In this document: positions 1 to 13,520 of the stretch, piece after piece
How positions within the stretch are numbered: position 1 is the first letter of the stretch
How the letters are laid out: each line of letters begins with the position of its first letter
Source: Schmidtea polychroa
Taxonomy: Eukaryota
Assembly (NCBI GenBank): GCA_044892525.1
Contig: CM097886.1
Coordinates: 93,000,001 to 93,064,000, forward strand
Reading direction: 5' to 3'
DNA length: 64,000 nt
Translations under genes and position numbers: made by a program
Notes under the pieces: model-generated
The model's database searches: none
What the model saw: the letters and a program-made list of their open reading frames with translations, nothing else
What the model was told of the DNA's origin: nothing

Positions 1-619
1 AGGTTTAGATAATTAATTAATTTTGACAGCTTGTGACTTATAAATAAACAGCAGAGATAATGAAACTAAAACCTGAAAATTAATTGCTCACGAGATTAGA
101 GAACGTATCTCAACTAAATGTATTTTTAACTATAATTGTTATAAAGTAAAACCAAATTTTATTTCATTAACTTATCTTCAAGTTGTGAAACCACTGAAAT
201 AAAAGTATTTGCTAATATTTATTATGGCAAAATATATATGGTAGTACAAATACCATCCGTGATATTAACTGAAATTTAACTAAGCTAATTTTATTGGATC
301 CCATGGAAAGATTCAGGCAAGACGTAGCCCGCTATACGACCAGACGCTGCGTGTCAAGCAGTAAGAGGAGAATCAGTGGTTTGAAAATGTCATCGGATGA
401 GGCGGCATGATTCCGACTCGAGCAGGTAAGAAAACTCAACCAAATCGAAGATCAAGAAATCAATCACGATCTCAAAATAACGATCCGATAGCAGCAGATT
501 TTTTTTATTTTAAAATTAATAAAAAATAAAATAAAGTCAATTTTATTACAAAAAACAAAATATATACAACAATAATAAAAAGTATTAGAAATAATTATTT
601 AATAAATCTCTCTCTCTAT

Positions 620-1851
620 ATATTGAATACAACCTATCGCTTGCCAATGACAAATCCGGTTTCAAATTGATGGCATTTAATGGCAATGACAAATTCAGAG
701 ATCTGAATTTATGCTTCTTTGGATCAAAAAATTCCATGGGATCTGGTTCAGGAAGCCCATCCTAAATTGGATTTTAAATCATTGACAAAATTATACTACT
801 TATAAAATTTATAAATAATATTATTCAAACTGCTAAAGATATTTGGTTGCATTTTTCATATAGGTAACGGGAACGTGGGAACTTCTAGGCATTTGGCAAA
901 AAAAATAAAAAATAAATAGTAGTAGGAAGATGTGAGACCCTTACGCCACTATTAGTTACCATGCACTGGTTAGCAACAGAGCCCCTATCCCCACATTTTT
1001 TTTCAAGGACAGGTCGTGCTTATTGATTTTTATTATAATATCATTAATTATTATTTATTATTATTATTATTGTTATTAATATTATAATTTATTATTATTA
1101 ATTANNNNNNNNNNNNNNNNNNNNNNNNNNNNNNNNNNNNNNNNNNNNNNNNNNNNNNNNNNNNNNNNNNNNNNNNNNNNNNNNNNNNNNNNNNNNNNNN
1201 NNNNNNNNNNNNNNNNNNNNNNNNNNNNNNNNNNNNNNNNNNNNNNNNNNNNNNNNNNNNNNNNNNNNNNNNNNNNNNNNNNNNNNNNNNNNNNNNNNNN
1301 NNNNNNNNNNNNNNNNNNNNNNNNNNNNNNNNNNNNNNNNNNNNNNNNNNNNNNNGAATATTTTGATTCTGTGCTTCTTTTTTCAGCTTTTTTATATTTG
1401 AGGTTCCAGGATAATTTTTATATGACAACAAAAATGGATATTTTATTAAATTAGATAAATTGATGCATTTAAACAAATTGAATATTTAGACATTTAATTA
1501 ACATTTTGATAATAAAACAGAATTTAACAAACTTGAACTTTTCTTTTTGTCTTATCAACACCGACTCGATTTCTAATTGCTGCCAAGATTTTCTGTTGAC
1601 AACTCACAATCGACTCGTCACGGACACTAAGTTTAGTGAGATCGGGAAATTGTTCTGATTTGATATTCAACGGTTGGGTTAATTCGATTTGAGTTTCACA
1701 GACAAATGAGCTCGAGTTATCACTACTGAATTTCTCTTTAAAATTTAACTGATCTGCCAGCTTTTTTGCCGCTAATTCTTTTGCCGCCTCCGTCAATTTG
1801 GTCTGAAAACGTTTCAAATGACAAATTGATAATTCCAAACCGTCCAACACT

Positions 1852-1900
<49 letters not shown>

Positions 1901-3290
1901 TAATGATACAATAATAATAATAAATAATAATATTAAATTAATAATAAAATGATAATTTAAGCCTTTTGCTGTGAATAATATATTTAATACAATTGAATAT
2001 CTTTTCGACTATAACTGAAATTCCATATTCAAATAGAAAAATCAGATCCAAGTTTAACAGAATAATAGCAAGAACAGCAATCGCCAAAGCGCAACGGGGT
2101 TACAGAAATTGAGAGTTGACAGGAAATCTAACTCGAATAAAGATGTAGACATGAGCTGCCGAGCGAGACAAAGGGAGACTCGCGTGATTCATTGGAAGAA
2201 TGCGATATAAATATGCAACAAATGACAGAAAGGACATAAGTATACGAAGACCCGTACAAAATGTAGAAATTGAGTTATCAAGAAATCGAACTTGATCGCC
2301 AAGATTGTATAAAAGGAAAAACCATAGAATGACTGAAAGGGCAAAGATTTCGAAGAAATGATTTATACCGAATATTTAAATAATGATGAAATAACTCAGT
2401 GTTTCTTAACTTTTCAGTTTGATAGGCAGGTAAGCAAATATACTATTGCAACAGGCACCGTTGCAGTTTTATTAATTATTGTTCTTTTTATATATCATAA
2501 TTAAAATGAAGTTAATTATAGAATATTTTTAAATTGTAATTATTTTTATTGTAAAACTTTAAATTAAAAATCGTTTGTTTATAAATCTAAAATAAAAATA
2601 AAAAAATATTTTAAGATAAATTATTTCTTTCTTTTATTAAACTTAATAATTATTAATTAAATATATTACCTGTCTCTGTTGTAAATCTGTTTCTAAATAA
2701 TCGATTTGATCTTTCAGTTTCCTACTGGAATTTAAAACCGGCTTGGATAAATTATTGATGTTAGATTGACAATTTGTTACAAAATGCAAATTGTCGGGCT
2801 CTGAAACTTCATCGGAAATAACTGTTTCCACCGGACTCTATATAAATCACTGTCAGACAGTTCATAATCCAATTCATTTACATTAGATCCATTAGAAAAA
2901 CCACTGGATAAACCGTCAATTGTTTTAAAAAAACTTTCTCTTTTATTTGAAATACTTTTATTACTATTGACAGGATTGTCAGCCGATAATTCGGTATCGC
3001 TACTCCAAATTGATGTGTTATCGTTGTCATCATCATTTCTTGATTTGCTAGCTATTGTGGTCAAATCATCAGTGACTTCTGTATTGGGATTAATCACAAG
3101 AGAATTTATAAGTTTTGGTTTGTAACTATCAGCAAAATTATAAGATAAACAGTTATTATTATTATTTTGATAATTGGAATCAATTTCAGGACCGGCTTTC
3201 ATTTTAATAAATTTACTTTCTGATTCAAGCAAAGACGCATCTGATATAACAGAAGCATTTAAAAACGAATTATAGTTAACATCAGCATTA
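620..3290 (-). CDS. 3' exons of an unidentified multi-exon host gene (S/N/D-rich, coiled-coil segments); boundaries approximate, interrupted by an N gap
   Basis: ORFs 2777-3232 and 2643-2831 join in frame across a 44-nt GT-AG intron (2881-2838). A further exon follows an AG acceptor at ~1853, and an exon DGLPEPDPMEFFDPKKHKFRSLNL... lies at ~625-752 between AG and GT. No family motif recognised. Confidence 0.45.
1105..1355. other. Assembly gap; others at 17286-17440, 19977-20113, 23147-23455, 28227-28389 and 48668-48864
   Basis: Runs of N. Confidence 1.
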
Positions 3291-4064
3291 AATCGAACCT
3301 TAAATAAAGATTTTCAATTATTAAATAATTATTCAAATTTTTACAACTTGCTTATTAACAAAATTTTTTGAATTATTTGCCGCTTCAGCACTTATATCAG
3401 AAGCTTCACTTATTAAGCTAAAATCAGTAAATGATAAGTGCTTATCAATTATTTTATTAAAATTCAAAGACATAAGAATAAAGGAAGATTTGGATATGAC
3501 CGATTTCTAGCTCGTTGTTTAAGAAATTTTTGTTAATAAATTTGATATTATAAAATATTAATAAAAATTCAAAATTTCACTTAGAAACAACAATTTTAAA
3601 CAATTTAAAATATATAAATTTTTTTTAAAAAATTTAAAAAGAAACTTAAATATAATATAACAACAATATAATATAATCATCAATTTTTGTTCACCAATAT
3701 TATTAGAGATTTCAAAAGAATTTTTCGATAAAGAGCGTAAATATTATTTTATAATTATTTTATTTTTATTCTATTTACCTACGTTATTTAATTAATTTTT
3801 TTCTCGTTTGGTTTATGTTCTATCAAATTTTTACTTATTATCGATATTATTATTTTTTTTATTTATTAATATTTCATTATTAATACGAATTATTTTTTTT
3901 TATTTTTTTAATTAAATATTCAATTATTTTTATTTATTTATTATTATTACATTTATATTTAATATATTCTAACAAGCGCGTAAATTATAACAAAAGTATT
4001 TCAATTTGAACAAAATTTTAAGTAGTAATTATTCGATTTATTATAAAGTAACGCTGAGTTAATT

Positions 4065-5228
4065 TTATATAATAATTTGAAGTATCTAGGAGCCCATCGA
4101 CAATCATTTTTGGATATAGTTGTAAGCGTAAATCCACATTTTTACACTCTAGAAAGAAGAAATCTGTATCACCAGCTACGATATTAATTTGACAATTGAA
4201 TTCTTCTCTATAACTTTATAGTTCTTTATATTGAAACTGGTACATGCGAAGTTTAGATAAATCAAGTACAGTTTGTCCAATATACATTAGTCCACCCAAA
4301 CACACAATTTCCTTATCAAGCATAACAGCAGTGAGATCATCCGCAATCTTGATGCTACGACGAAACATAGGGTCACTACAATAACTCAAATTTATTCTAT
4401 TCTTCGGTTTTGCACGGTTTTACTGTAAAAACTATTGTTCTTTAATTTATAATAATCTCGCTGAAATGAATTTGTACTAGCTGCTCTAAATTGGGTATTG
4501 TAATCAATATGTCCTTTGAAAATAGTCACTTGCTTGAATTTTACAGCGCGATTAATTTTTGAGACAGTTACTGCGTAGCTCATACATTCTGTCAAAACTC
4601 TACCATTAACTACATAGTTATTCTTAGGCTCATGAGTTAACAACAGCTTTTCAACTTTACTACCAGGTGGATAGCAAAGTTCAGAAGCTTTAGGTAATAC
4701 ATCTAATTTAGCTTGTATACTATCATGAATGATTATGTCAACCTCCAAAACATATCAACGATCTCCATCAAACTCATCTCCATTCACACATCTTTTAATA
4801 ATACGATCCAGTTCAGTCTGTTCTTCTAACCACCTAAACTCACTAACAGGAAGTATCTGAAATAAAGCCCATCCATATAAATTATTAACATCTTGATACG
4901 TCAATTGAGTTAGCTTATCAGCCTCAACATGATGCTTGATGATAAATGTCATTCCACCCCGAATACTTGCCTCGAACAAGCGGTAGAGCTCTGAATCTTG
5001 AATAAGTTCTATTGGTTCAGTCAGCTGTTTTATAGCTGAAGGCCAACTCAATCATTAAATAGAAACAAAAGAGAGTGTTTCCAATCCATCTTCAACAAAT
5101 GTTTTGTCTCTGAAAGCTTCAAAAACATCGGCCAACAGCACAAAAATTCAACTTAAGGTACACTAGCAGATCTAACAGTGTCTCACAGTTGTACTGTTGC
5201 CATATTTGAAGAGCATGTAAATATTCTA
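4065..5228 (-). pseudogene. C-terminal half of an older, decayed Polinton protein-primed DNA polymerase B
   Basis: Translates to LLVYLKLNFVLLADVF, IRGGMTF, DVNNLYGW, YYKLKNNSFYSK, IVAGDTDFFF and MIVDGLLDTSNY, colinear with the PolB at 24325-28200. Contains stops and frameshifts. Confidence 0.9.
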
Positions 5229-5598
5229 TGTTGCCTTACTGAGACGAATCTTTTTATTGGGTGGTATGGAAGGTGTGGACATGCTGGGCCTGTCGATAAG
5301 CTCCGTCAGAGGCCGGATTTGGGTGATCGCGTCCTTGTCGATTTCTTTTTGGTTCACTTGTGCCTCCAACTCCCTGATTATCAGGCAAAGGGCTCGTAAT
5401 TCCAGTAGATCCTGAACGCTCTGAAGCTGTAATTGTTGGATCAGCTTCAGGCGCTTTTGCATTTCGACAGGGGAGAACCACGTACTCTCCAACTCGTGAC
5501 ATCGCCCCTTGAATTTCGATAATTTGGACACACACGCCTCTACCTACCGCTGTGCCCGTTCACGATCCTGGCGCATATTTTCCAAGTTTCACACTGAA
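5229..5598 (-). pseudogene. Truncated copy of the repeated coiled-coil ORF-B (ESTWFSP subfamily)
   Basis: KFKGRCHELESTWFSPVEMQKR aligns by eye to KLKGKCREFEGTWFSPEAMKRK at 50.6 kb. It has the same TTTCAG|TGT acceptor and an internal stop. Confidence 0.75.
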
Positions 5599-5994
5599 AT
5601 GAGAAAACCATTTAACAACGCTTTCTTTTATTAATTTGATTGATCCATCGCACCCAGCCCTTATAATTTATGTCAAAGGCGATTATCAACCTCGTGTCGC
5701 CTGCACCCCATTAGTGACTAGTAGGGTGTCGATGATTGTCCCTAGGTCATGCCTGGTGCTTTGTCTTTGGGAATCTCCGTCGGGTGCTTATTACTCTAGT
5801 CTCTGACTCCTAGTAAAGCTCTCAGTATTATAAGTAAACCTATAAGTAAACCTAGCGTCATTAATCCCGGATTCAACCAAACACATGCACATCAATAATT
5901 CAAAGAATGAACAAATTAAACAAAATAAATTGACATAAACAGATCGGTCAAGCCGATATAACGATGTCAGAGCAGTCCATAATGTACGGGCTAA

Positions 5995-6430
5995 TCACAG
6001 TGAGGTTGGTTTGCCGGGAGGATCTTCCGTTGGCGTCAACTTTCTTCTGGGAGCATTCGTTGTTGTCCCCGGTGTCGATGGTGGCAGTCTTTTCGGGGTA
6101 ACATTGAGACTTGGGTCTTCTAATTCGCCGGCTAAGGTTTCGTATCTAATCTGTGTAAGCGATCCATGGCTGCCTTGACATCATCAAAAGCCCCCATCAA
6201 CGCCTGCTTTGTGTGGTTAATATACGGTTCCACCTTTGGTTTCACCGGGGCCACGTTCTGGTAGGTTCAGTCATGGATGCAGTACCATATCCATCGCGTT
6301 CGCAGACGAGTGAGCGCTCTGGCTTCGTCGAAACTGGCCTGACCTTCGACCTTCACTTGGGCCGTTTTTGAGATGGACTTGATCGATGAAGTACTGGCCT
6401 GAGGGTTTCCTTGTTCTGTGCTGTTCATGT
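5995..6430 (-). pseudogene. Decayed copy of ORF-A (homologue of the AT-hook ORF at 49826-50191)
   Basis: RALTRLRTRWIWYCIHD matches QTITRLRTRYIWYHIHR. It lies upstream of ORF-B as in the 49.8-51.0 kb copy and has stops downstream. Confidence 0.7.
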
Positions 6431-6831
6431 CAATAGTAACAAGAAAACAATGGTAATGTATTCTTTGCCAGCTAATAAGATTTTTGTTCACCAATTCGGT
6501 GTTTATTTTACTAGACTTTTAACTTAAAATCAACAAAAAAATAATTTTTAGCTTCTAACTCAAAATTAGAATTAAATATGTTGGGGTTCAACAAGAGAGG
6601 CACAAAAATGAGGTGAAAACTGACAAAAACACCAAATTCAAAATAAAAATTTAAAGTACAAAATATTATTTAAAAATAAAAAATTTTTAAAAAATGAATA
6701 TTTTCTGAGGGAAACTGGTATGGGCGGATGCTAAATAATGAGACGAGTTCAGCTATAATAAAATAAAATCAATGGGGGGTCCCTAAAAGGAATAAATTAC
6801 AAAAAACAAAAATTAATTAAAAATTAATTAA

Positions 6832-7000
6832 CTAATGGAAAACCCGAGCTAATGGAAAACCCGAGCTAATGGAGAACCCGAGCTAATGGGAAACCCGATA
6901 CAATGGAAAACCCGAGCGAATTGATAAATCCAATTTTGGGAAGGCAATTAATCTAGCCGGAGAAACCCAATTTTGGAAAGGCAATTAATTTAGCCGGATA
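6832..7000. repeat. Tandem repeats: ~18-bp unit (CTAATGGAAAACCCGAG-like) about 5 times, then a ~36-bp unit twice
   Basis: Read directly from the sequence. Confidence 0.85.
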
Positions 7001-7989
7001 AAAAGTAATAAGCGCCGTCAAAGAAAATGAGCCAATTCCCTTCAATTGAATTAAACCTCCAAGAGGAAACCCGGGGGGAAATTGGACTAAAGATAATTGG
7101 CAAAAATAAAGTCAATTATTAAACGAGTATAAAAGCAACTGGCAAGAAAACAAAATGCCAGTTGGTCGAAGAAAAGAAAATAGAAGTTTGAAGAGAGCGA
7201 AAAGGGAAATATTAAAGTTAGTAGAAATTAAACCATTTAAAAATCGAACGTACCAGAAAGGGACATCTCCCGTTGGAAGATCTACCCCTGCGTGAGATTT
7301 GTTGGCAAATTGAAAAGTGCAGACAAAACCTGATTGTATCAAGTGTGAGTAAACTAATACAAGTGTAAAAGTGTAACTGCATCAGTGTCAATAAAGATTT
7401 TGTGTTGGGTTATTTATTTATTTGGAAAAGAACACAAAGGAGTCAGACCGCAGTACCGACTTACATTAAAAACCCAACAAATAGAAGAAATAATTTTTAT
7501 CTTTTACCTTAAAATTTAAAATCAATTTATTTATTATTAATTCAAAACTAATGTTAATAATTTGTCCTACTTTAAAAGATATTGTTGTACTAAATATTTG
7601 CCTTCAAAATTAAAATTGATTGCACCACCGGACTCAGCTATTATGGGAAGAAGGATAACGACACCGGTACCTCACTCGATGTTCCTTACTATTCTCTGGA
7701 TCATAGCTGTTACGGGTGGTTTAGTCGACCTCGTTGGTATCAGGTAATTACATTTTTTGTTCTTATTACACCATTCAATTTAGTCTGGAAATGGCGTAAT
7801 GTTTCGCGACTTCAGTCTCAATTATCTTACAATGTTAATCACTACCAAGTGTCGCTCATTGGTTCATATGGTTCTTCGGCAGGCGGCGCTTCTATTGACG
7901 GATGTGCTACCAATGTGTGATCGATTCCTTTCTCCTATTGGAATTTTAACGGCTTTTTGATATTATATTCTCGGTTTCTTGCTGTATTG

Positions 7990-10900
7990 TGTTGGGCTAG
8001 AAGGAAAGGTAATAATTTAAAAAGCATAAGAGGAAAACAACAAGAAATAAAATAAAAACCAAAAACAAATCGAAAATAAATTAAAAATACAGACAAATAA
8101 ACAATAAGAATAAATAATAACAAATTAGCCAAGAAGAATTAAAACAAAAAAATAAAAAATGAAAAATTAAGATAAGGAAACCGGAAAAAATAGTAAAATA
8201 ATAGAAATTAAATAATAAATAAGAAAATAAAGAAAAAATAAAGAAAACAGTAAGGAAACACTAAGAAAACCATGAAAAACAAAGAAACAGAATTAAAATA
8301 AAATTTTACATCGCGCTCAATTTTGATTGGCTCGCATAAACACAAAAATAAGTATTTAAGGGAAACACTGAATCAGAATTTTCAGTGTTAACCCAGAGCA
8401 TTGTTAAGGTAAAATTTTATTTTTGCATACAGCAGTGTTAACCCAGAGCATTGTTAAGATTTTCAAGGACAAACTCACGGACTATTCAAAAACTCTAGCC
8501 GATAATCAAGGACAAATTGTAGAAACTTCTAGCCACCTATCACTCGAGGATCCATTTTATTTTTCGACAGAGAGGATAATCAAGATTTCAAGTAAAATTT
8601 TTATTTATTGGAGGAATTTTAATAATTTAAAATGTTGAAAGTAACTGCAATTTGTTAGAAAATTAAATGTTTCAAAGTGACAGTGTTTTCCTTACTTACC
8701 CATTATTTGTAGTAAATTATTTTCAACTAGTAAAAATTTTTATGATTTTAAATGCAATCATGCTCAATAACCCTTATGATTTAGATATGAATTTTTATTT
8801 TTTTGTTTGCATATTATGTCGAAGGTTTGATGAGTAAATGAAATCATAATTTTATTACATTTTCCGTGAAGCTGAGGTTCAGCTGGTCACAGCTCGAGGG
8901 ACACTAGTTGTTCCTCTTGCCAGAAGGCCAGATGTTACATCAGCGGCGCAGTGGTTAAAAAAAGGGTCATCGTGGGGGGTTTCCTCAGTGATCGGTCACC
9001 ACAGGAGCGAATAGAGACTCGTGTCAATCAGTTGGCAAGTGGAAATTTGGTAAACATTTCTTGTGAATGGTTCTCGCAATGGCTGGGATGTCTGACTCGT
9101 TGTTCGTCGACGTTATTTCTAATCAAAACACTCTCCCGATCGGTTATTAGCCGTCGTCGAAACTAGGATCCTTCGTCAGATCATTACATCAGAAATCTTA
9201 ATGCCAGACTTCTGATCTTTCAAGCATTCAAGTGACCCAATATCACCGAATAGGAAAATTGGCAAACTGCGCTGCCATATGTCTTTGATTCAGTATCGTT
9301 GTTCTAATAACTGCACTATAGTGAACTTGAGCATTCAGATAGGTTGTCTCGATAAATTCGATTTTCAGAAACACCCGAGTAGGGGAGGTGACAGAATTTT
9401 CTCGCCCCAGTAAGAATAAACACTCCTAGCCAGGATAAACGAGTCTCTAACAGGATAAGATCATGATAGCAATTATTTACTACTCGTATCCGATCAGATT
9501 TCCTACTGTTGATATAAACATCATGAGAGTTTTTGATATCATTACGACCCGATAATAGGTTTTTGAAACAGGGTGGGAATTCACTTTTAAAATTCGGTAC
9601 ATCAGATTAATACCTACAGGCAAGGTTGCATACAGAATAAATTTTCGGCCACTGAGAACCAATAGCTGTATTTTAGCACAATCCACCAGCAGAGATGAAC
9701 CAATCCCCGAACCTGCCTCAGACAGATATTCACATAAGCACCAAAGACCGATTATAACTCGGATAACGACATCTGTCGGATAATATGGCCTGCGTAGTTC
9801 AATACTTCTGTCAGGATAACAAATATGACTACACATAATTACACGGGTGATATAATAATTCGAGTAGCCACACTAAATTTATGGTTAACTAATGTGATTG
9901 ATGAACTTTCAGCTAATTCCCACAATGAAATTTTCGCGATCAAGTGAAATCTCACTATACACACGAGATAAAATCGTACAATCATATTTAATAAAATTGC
10001 TAATTTAACCTAAATCGTCTCCCAGTAAGCAATGGGGACCCACTTAAGAAATCTAGATACTCCAATATCGTGCCAGTAAAGTTCTTTTCAGGGGCTACCA
10101 ATTTTATAAACTCAATTGATCAGTTATTTGTTCGGGATGCGTGAAACAAAATTAAATAAATAAAATAAATGGAAATTCTCTTCATTTGCTAAACGAACCC
10201 GAGCCCCGATTTTTCTCTAACGTGATGCTTGGGGAATTGACTGATTGTTGTTTAAGTTTATGATTTGTGGTATTAGTTAGGGTAATGATTATGACAAGTT
10301 ATGAGTGTTGCCCTGGTTGTTGTTAATGTTACACCTCTAATCTTAATTTTTACAATCACGATTTTTCTTAGTTGTTGTCTTTAATATGGTGATCATCATT
10401 ATTTCTTTTTCCTTGTAACGGATTGAATGGAGAATGGAGGATGTATTGAAATTCGAGAAAACTTGACGACGACATTTAATTAATTTACCTGTTCAGAATG
10501 TCTAAAACTCCCATATCAACCACTGTTCTACGCCCGTGCTTCTCTTACGCGGACAAGAACCTTCTCATAAAGACGCTCCAGACTCAAAATGGCCTCCTCA
10601 AGAAGAAAGTCGACCATTTGGAAGGAACCTACTTCTCCCCCGCATAGATGAAAGAGGTGAGAACAAGGCTCACCAGGGCAGAAAGATGTTGTAATGAATT
10701 GATCGAGGAGAGCCGTGCTTTACGAGCTCTGATCAAGGAAAAATCTGTGGCGCAGCACCAGGTTTACGTACAGGCGTCGGTTACGAAGAGAATAGTAGAT
10801 ATTCCAATTTCTGAAGAGGATAATCTATTTCCGTCCCATCACCTTCAACTAAAAGCCATCGTGACGTCTACCGATCAGGCCAGTGTCACTAGTTCAGTTG

Positions 10901-11746
10901 CCCCAAGACTAACAACCTCTTCTGACCCCGTTTACATGGGCACTAGTCGAGCTGCACCTATAGTGGTAGACCTAGTAAACCCGGTCACTCTTCCGGAGGC
11001 AAAGAAAGTCACCAAACGCCGGCAACCTTCTAGGGCCGAGCGCACGAAGAGGAGAAGGGCCCCCCAGGCCGAAAGAGAAGCGGCTCTGATCGCCGTCGTT
11101 CAACTATCAGCTCGCGGAATCTACACCTCAGTCTCTTCCTATATTCAGGGTAGTCCCGCCCACCAGTACAGCCTGGGAAGAAGATGATCGAGATTTTTTC
11201 GACCTTGATGAGTTATTTGCAGGAACTTCTCCAACCACCTTATGATTTGAAATCTATAATATCTAAAATGTTGATCATGCATGTATTTTTTTTGTCGTGT
11301 CTTATGAATATATCTTGTTGTTGTCGTTTGTAAATATGTTTTCCTGCTGTGGGGTAATTAATGAACTGATTGTGAGGGTTTGTCTGAGCATTGCATAGGG
11401 GTAGACTGGCGAATTGGATGTCGTAGTAGAGATTGGTCAATGACAGGAATGATGTATGAGATCTTTGAGTGATGAAAATGACGTAAGTCCTTCTAACGGC
11501 CGTCGAGTAACAGTTAAGTCGAGTTTCGATGAGGGAGTATTCCTAAGGCAGGGCTCACCTGCCTCATCGTGGCCCGCCGACATGGCACATCACCAACATG
11601 ATGCGAATCATGGGTCTCATGCTCGAAGTGTGATCGTGTGGGTTTTGGTTAAGGGTCCGTTGAAACGATGAAATACTGTGTGTGTATTTAGGACTATCAT
11701 CCCCTGGTATGTGAGAATATTTTCTGACCCGACCCAAGACCCAGCA
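7990..11746 (+). mobile_element. 3757-bp TG...CA element, probably a giant solo LTR, carrying ORF-B
   Basis: Starts TGTTGGGCTAG and ends GACCCAGCA, flanked by 4-bp direct repeat ATTG (7986-7989, 11747-11750). Homologous along its length to 39306-43389. Confidence 0.85.
10498..11245 (+). pseudogene. ORF-B copy with a premature TAG (10645) and a late frameshift
   Basis: TTCAG|A ATG start; PCFSYADK, DHLEGTYFSP, KRRQPSRAERTKRRR and FFDLDELF motifs shared with the intact copy at 39910-40668. Confidence 0.85.
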
Positions 11747-12889
11747 ATTGTCTAACTTCAACCTTTGGATTTACAACGCTGATAATTACTCGGATAATGG
11801 TGATTTATTGGTCGATATTACCTGGGGGTTTCTCCTCACTTATGCTAGGTTACTAGACTCTGGGTTACGATCTCCTTGGGGTCAATTATTTATTTTAAAT
11901 AAATTATGATGCGCTCGTTCGATTTTTAATTCTAACTAGCTACCTCATAAACTTTCGCAGCATTAAATTTTTAGACAGTTTACGTGTTCCTATAATATAT
12001 ATTTATTGATTTTCTTTAGATTATAGACAATGTTAACTTTTGTAGTTAGGTGTATTTTATAGTTAGCATCAGGCATGTCGGGTAAAGCCTATTTAGAGGA
12101 TTGACCGGATGGTTACTACTGGGTTCATATAGATATGAATATTTAGTGTGAGTTTTCCTTCGGATTCACGATGATTGGCCCGTTTGGAAGTCGGTGTGGG
12201 GTCTATTCCACTTACTTCAGCTCATTAATTAACATAACGTTAAGGATATGTTACTAATTGTCCTGTGCTCATTGGTCGAAATTCGACTCGAAAAAAAGCA
12301 AAGAAAAAATCAATAATCCAATTTTGAAATTTAATGAATAATATAAATCGATAATCTAATTTTTAATTTAACTAATCATCAATAATTTTAGGATTTTAAT
12401 TTTAGGATTTAATTAATAATGTATGTGGTTTAATTCTCAACCATCTTACGATTTTTTGCACTTTGACATTAGGGTTACTAGAGGGTTTGAAATATGGATA
12501 TTGGAAATAAAACAAAACTTAGGAAAAGAATGTAACTACATTAATTACGAATGACAATAAGCAAATTAATGTACATGAATTAAAACTTGGTAATTGATGT
12601 CAATATCTTGCATGAATAGATAAGTTAAGGGGGTTAAGGTATAATTCAAGGTAATACTAAGTGACCTAAATAAGGAGTTAAGGATATTAATACAGGAATT
12701 AAAGATAACAATAAATAGCCTAAAATGTATCAGGAATAATGATGAGTAGTATCGTATAATAACGGTTAAATTAAAATAACTCAATTGGAGAATAAAACTT
12801 AGCTGATTTAAGGATACTAGTAGACAAAATATTGGGCAACGTTGACCCGGACGATGGAACGAACAATGATCATAAAGGGCAGGTTAGAC

Positions 12890-13323
12890 CAGGGCCGTAA
12901 CAAGGCATTATTGCGCCCTGCGCGGTTCATATATCTGGTGCCTTTAAAACCCGAATTCAAATCAGCCTACTATAATAATTATAATATTCATGTTGAGATT
13001 GTTAACTATGTATTCATCTCCAGCTATTATAATAGGTAGTAATGCTCTTAAAATTCTGTTGCTAATTGAAAAAAAGGCAGGAGCCCATTTTGTGGACTAA
13101 CATTTTTTAAAATACACACGCTAATGGACCAGTCCAATCAGCAATGTTAAAGATAGGCTAGTTAGTATGTCGTTTATTTCGTGCAGGTCATTTGATAATT
13201 TCTTTTATTTATATTTTGTTATTTTTTGGTAACATTAAAAAATGTTACATTCCAATTTTGCGCCTCTTTGAGACGTGCGCACTGTGCGACTGCACCCCTT
13301 GCACCACCCTTGTTACGGCCCTG
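12890..13323. mobile_element. hAT-type MITE
   Basis: 16-bp TIR CAGGGCCGTAACAAGG / CCTTGTTACGGCCCTG and 8-bp TSD GGTTAGAC. Confidence 0.9.
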
Positions 13324-13520
13324 GGTTAGACGGAAAGCTTAGTGGCTGTAGGATAGATCTATTGCTACGTTCTGTAACTTTATGATGTTATAATATCAAC
13401 AATAATCTAGTATAAGGGTAAATTAATTGGAGAACTTAGGAGGTACAAGTGAGGGTAAATCTCGCAAGTTGGTAATTTTATAACCTGAGGTTTATATTCA
13501 ATTTCACGCATAATCATGGG

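Noticed and set aside
7403-7479. 77-bp segment bounded by TGTTGGGTT / AACCCAACA as a mini-element
   Set aside because: No target-site duplication; more likely juxtaposed LTR-end fragments.
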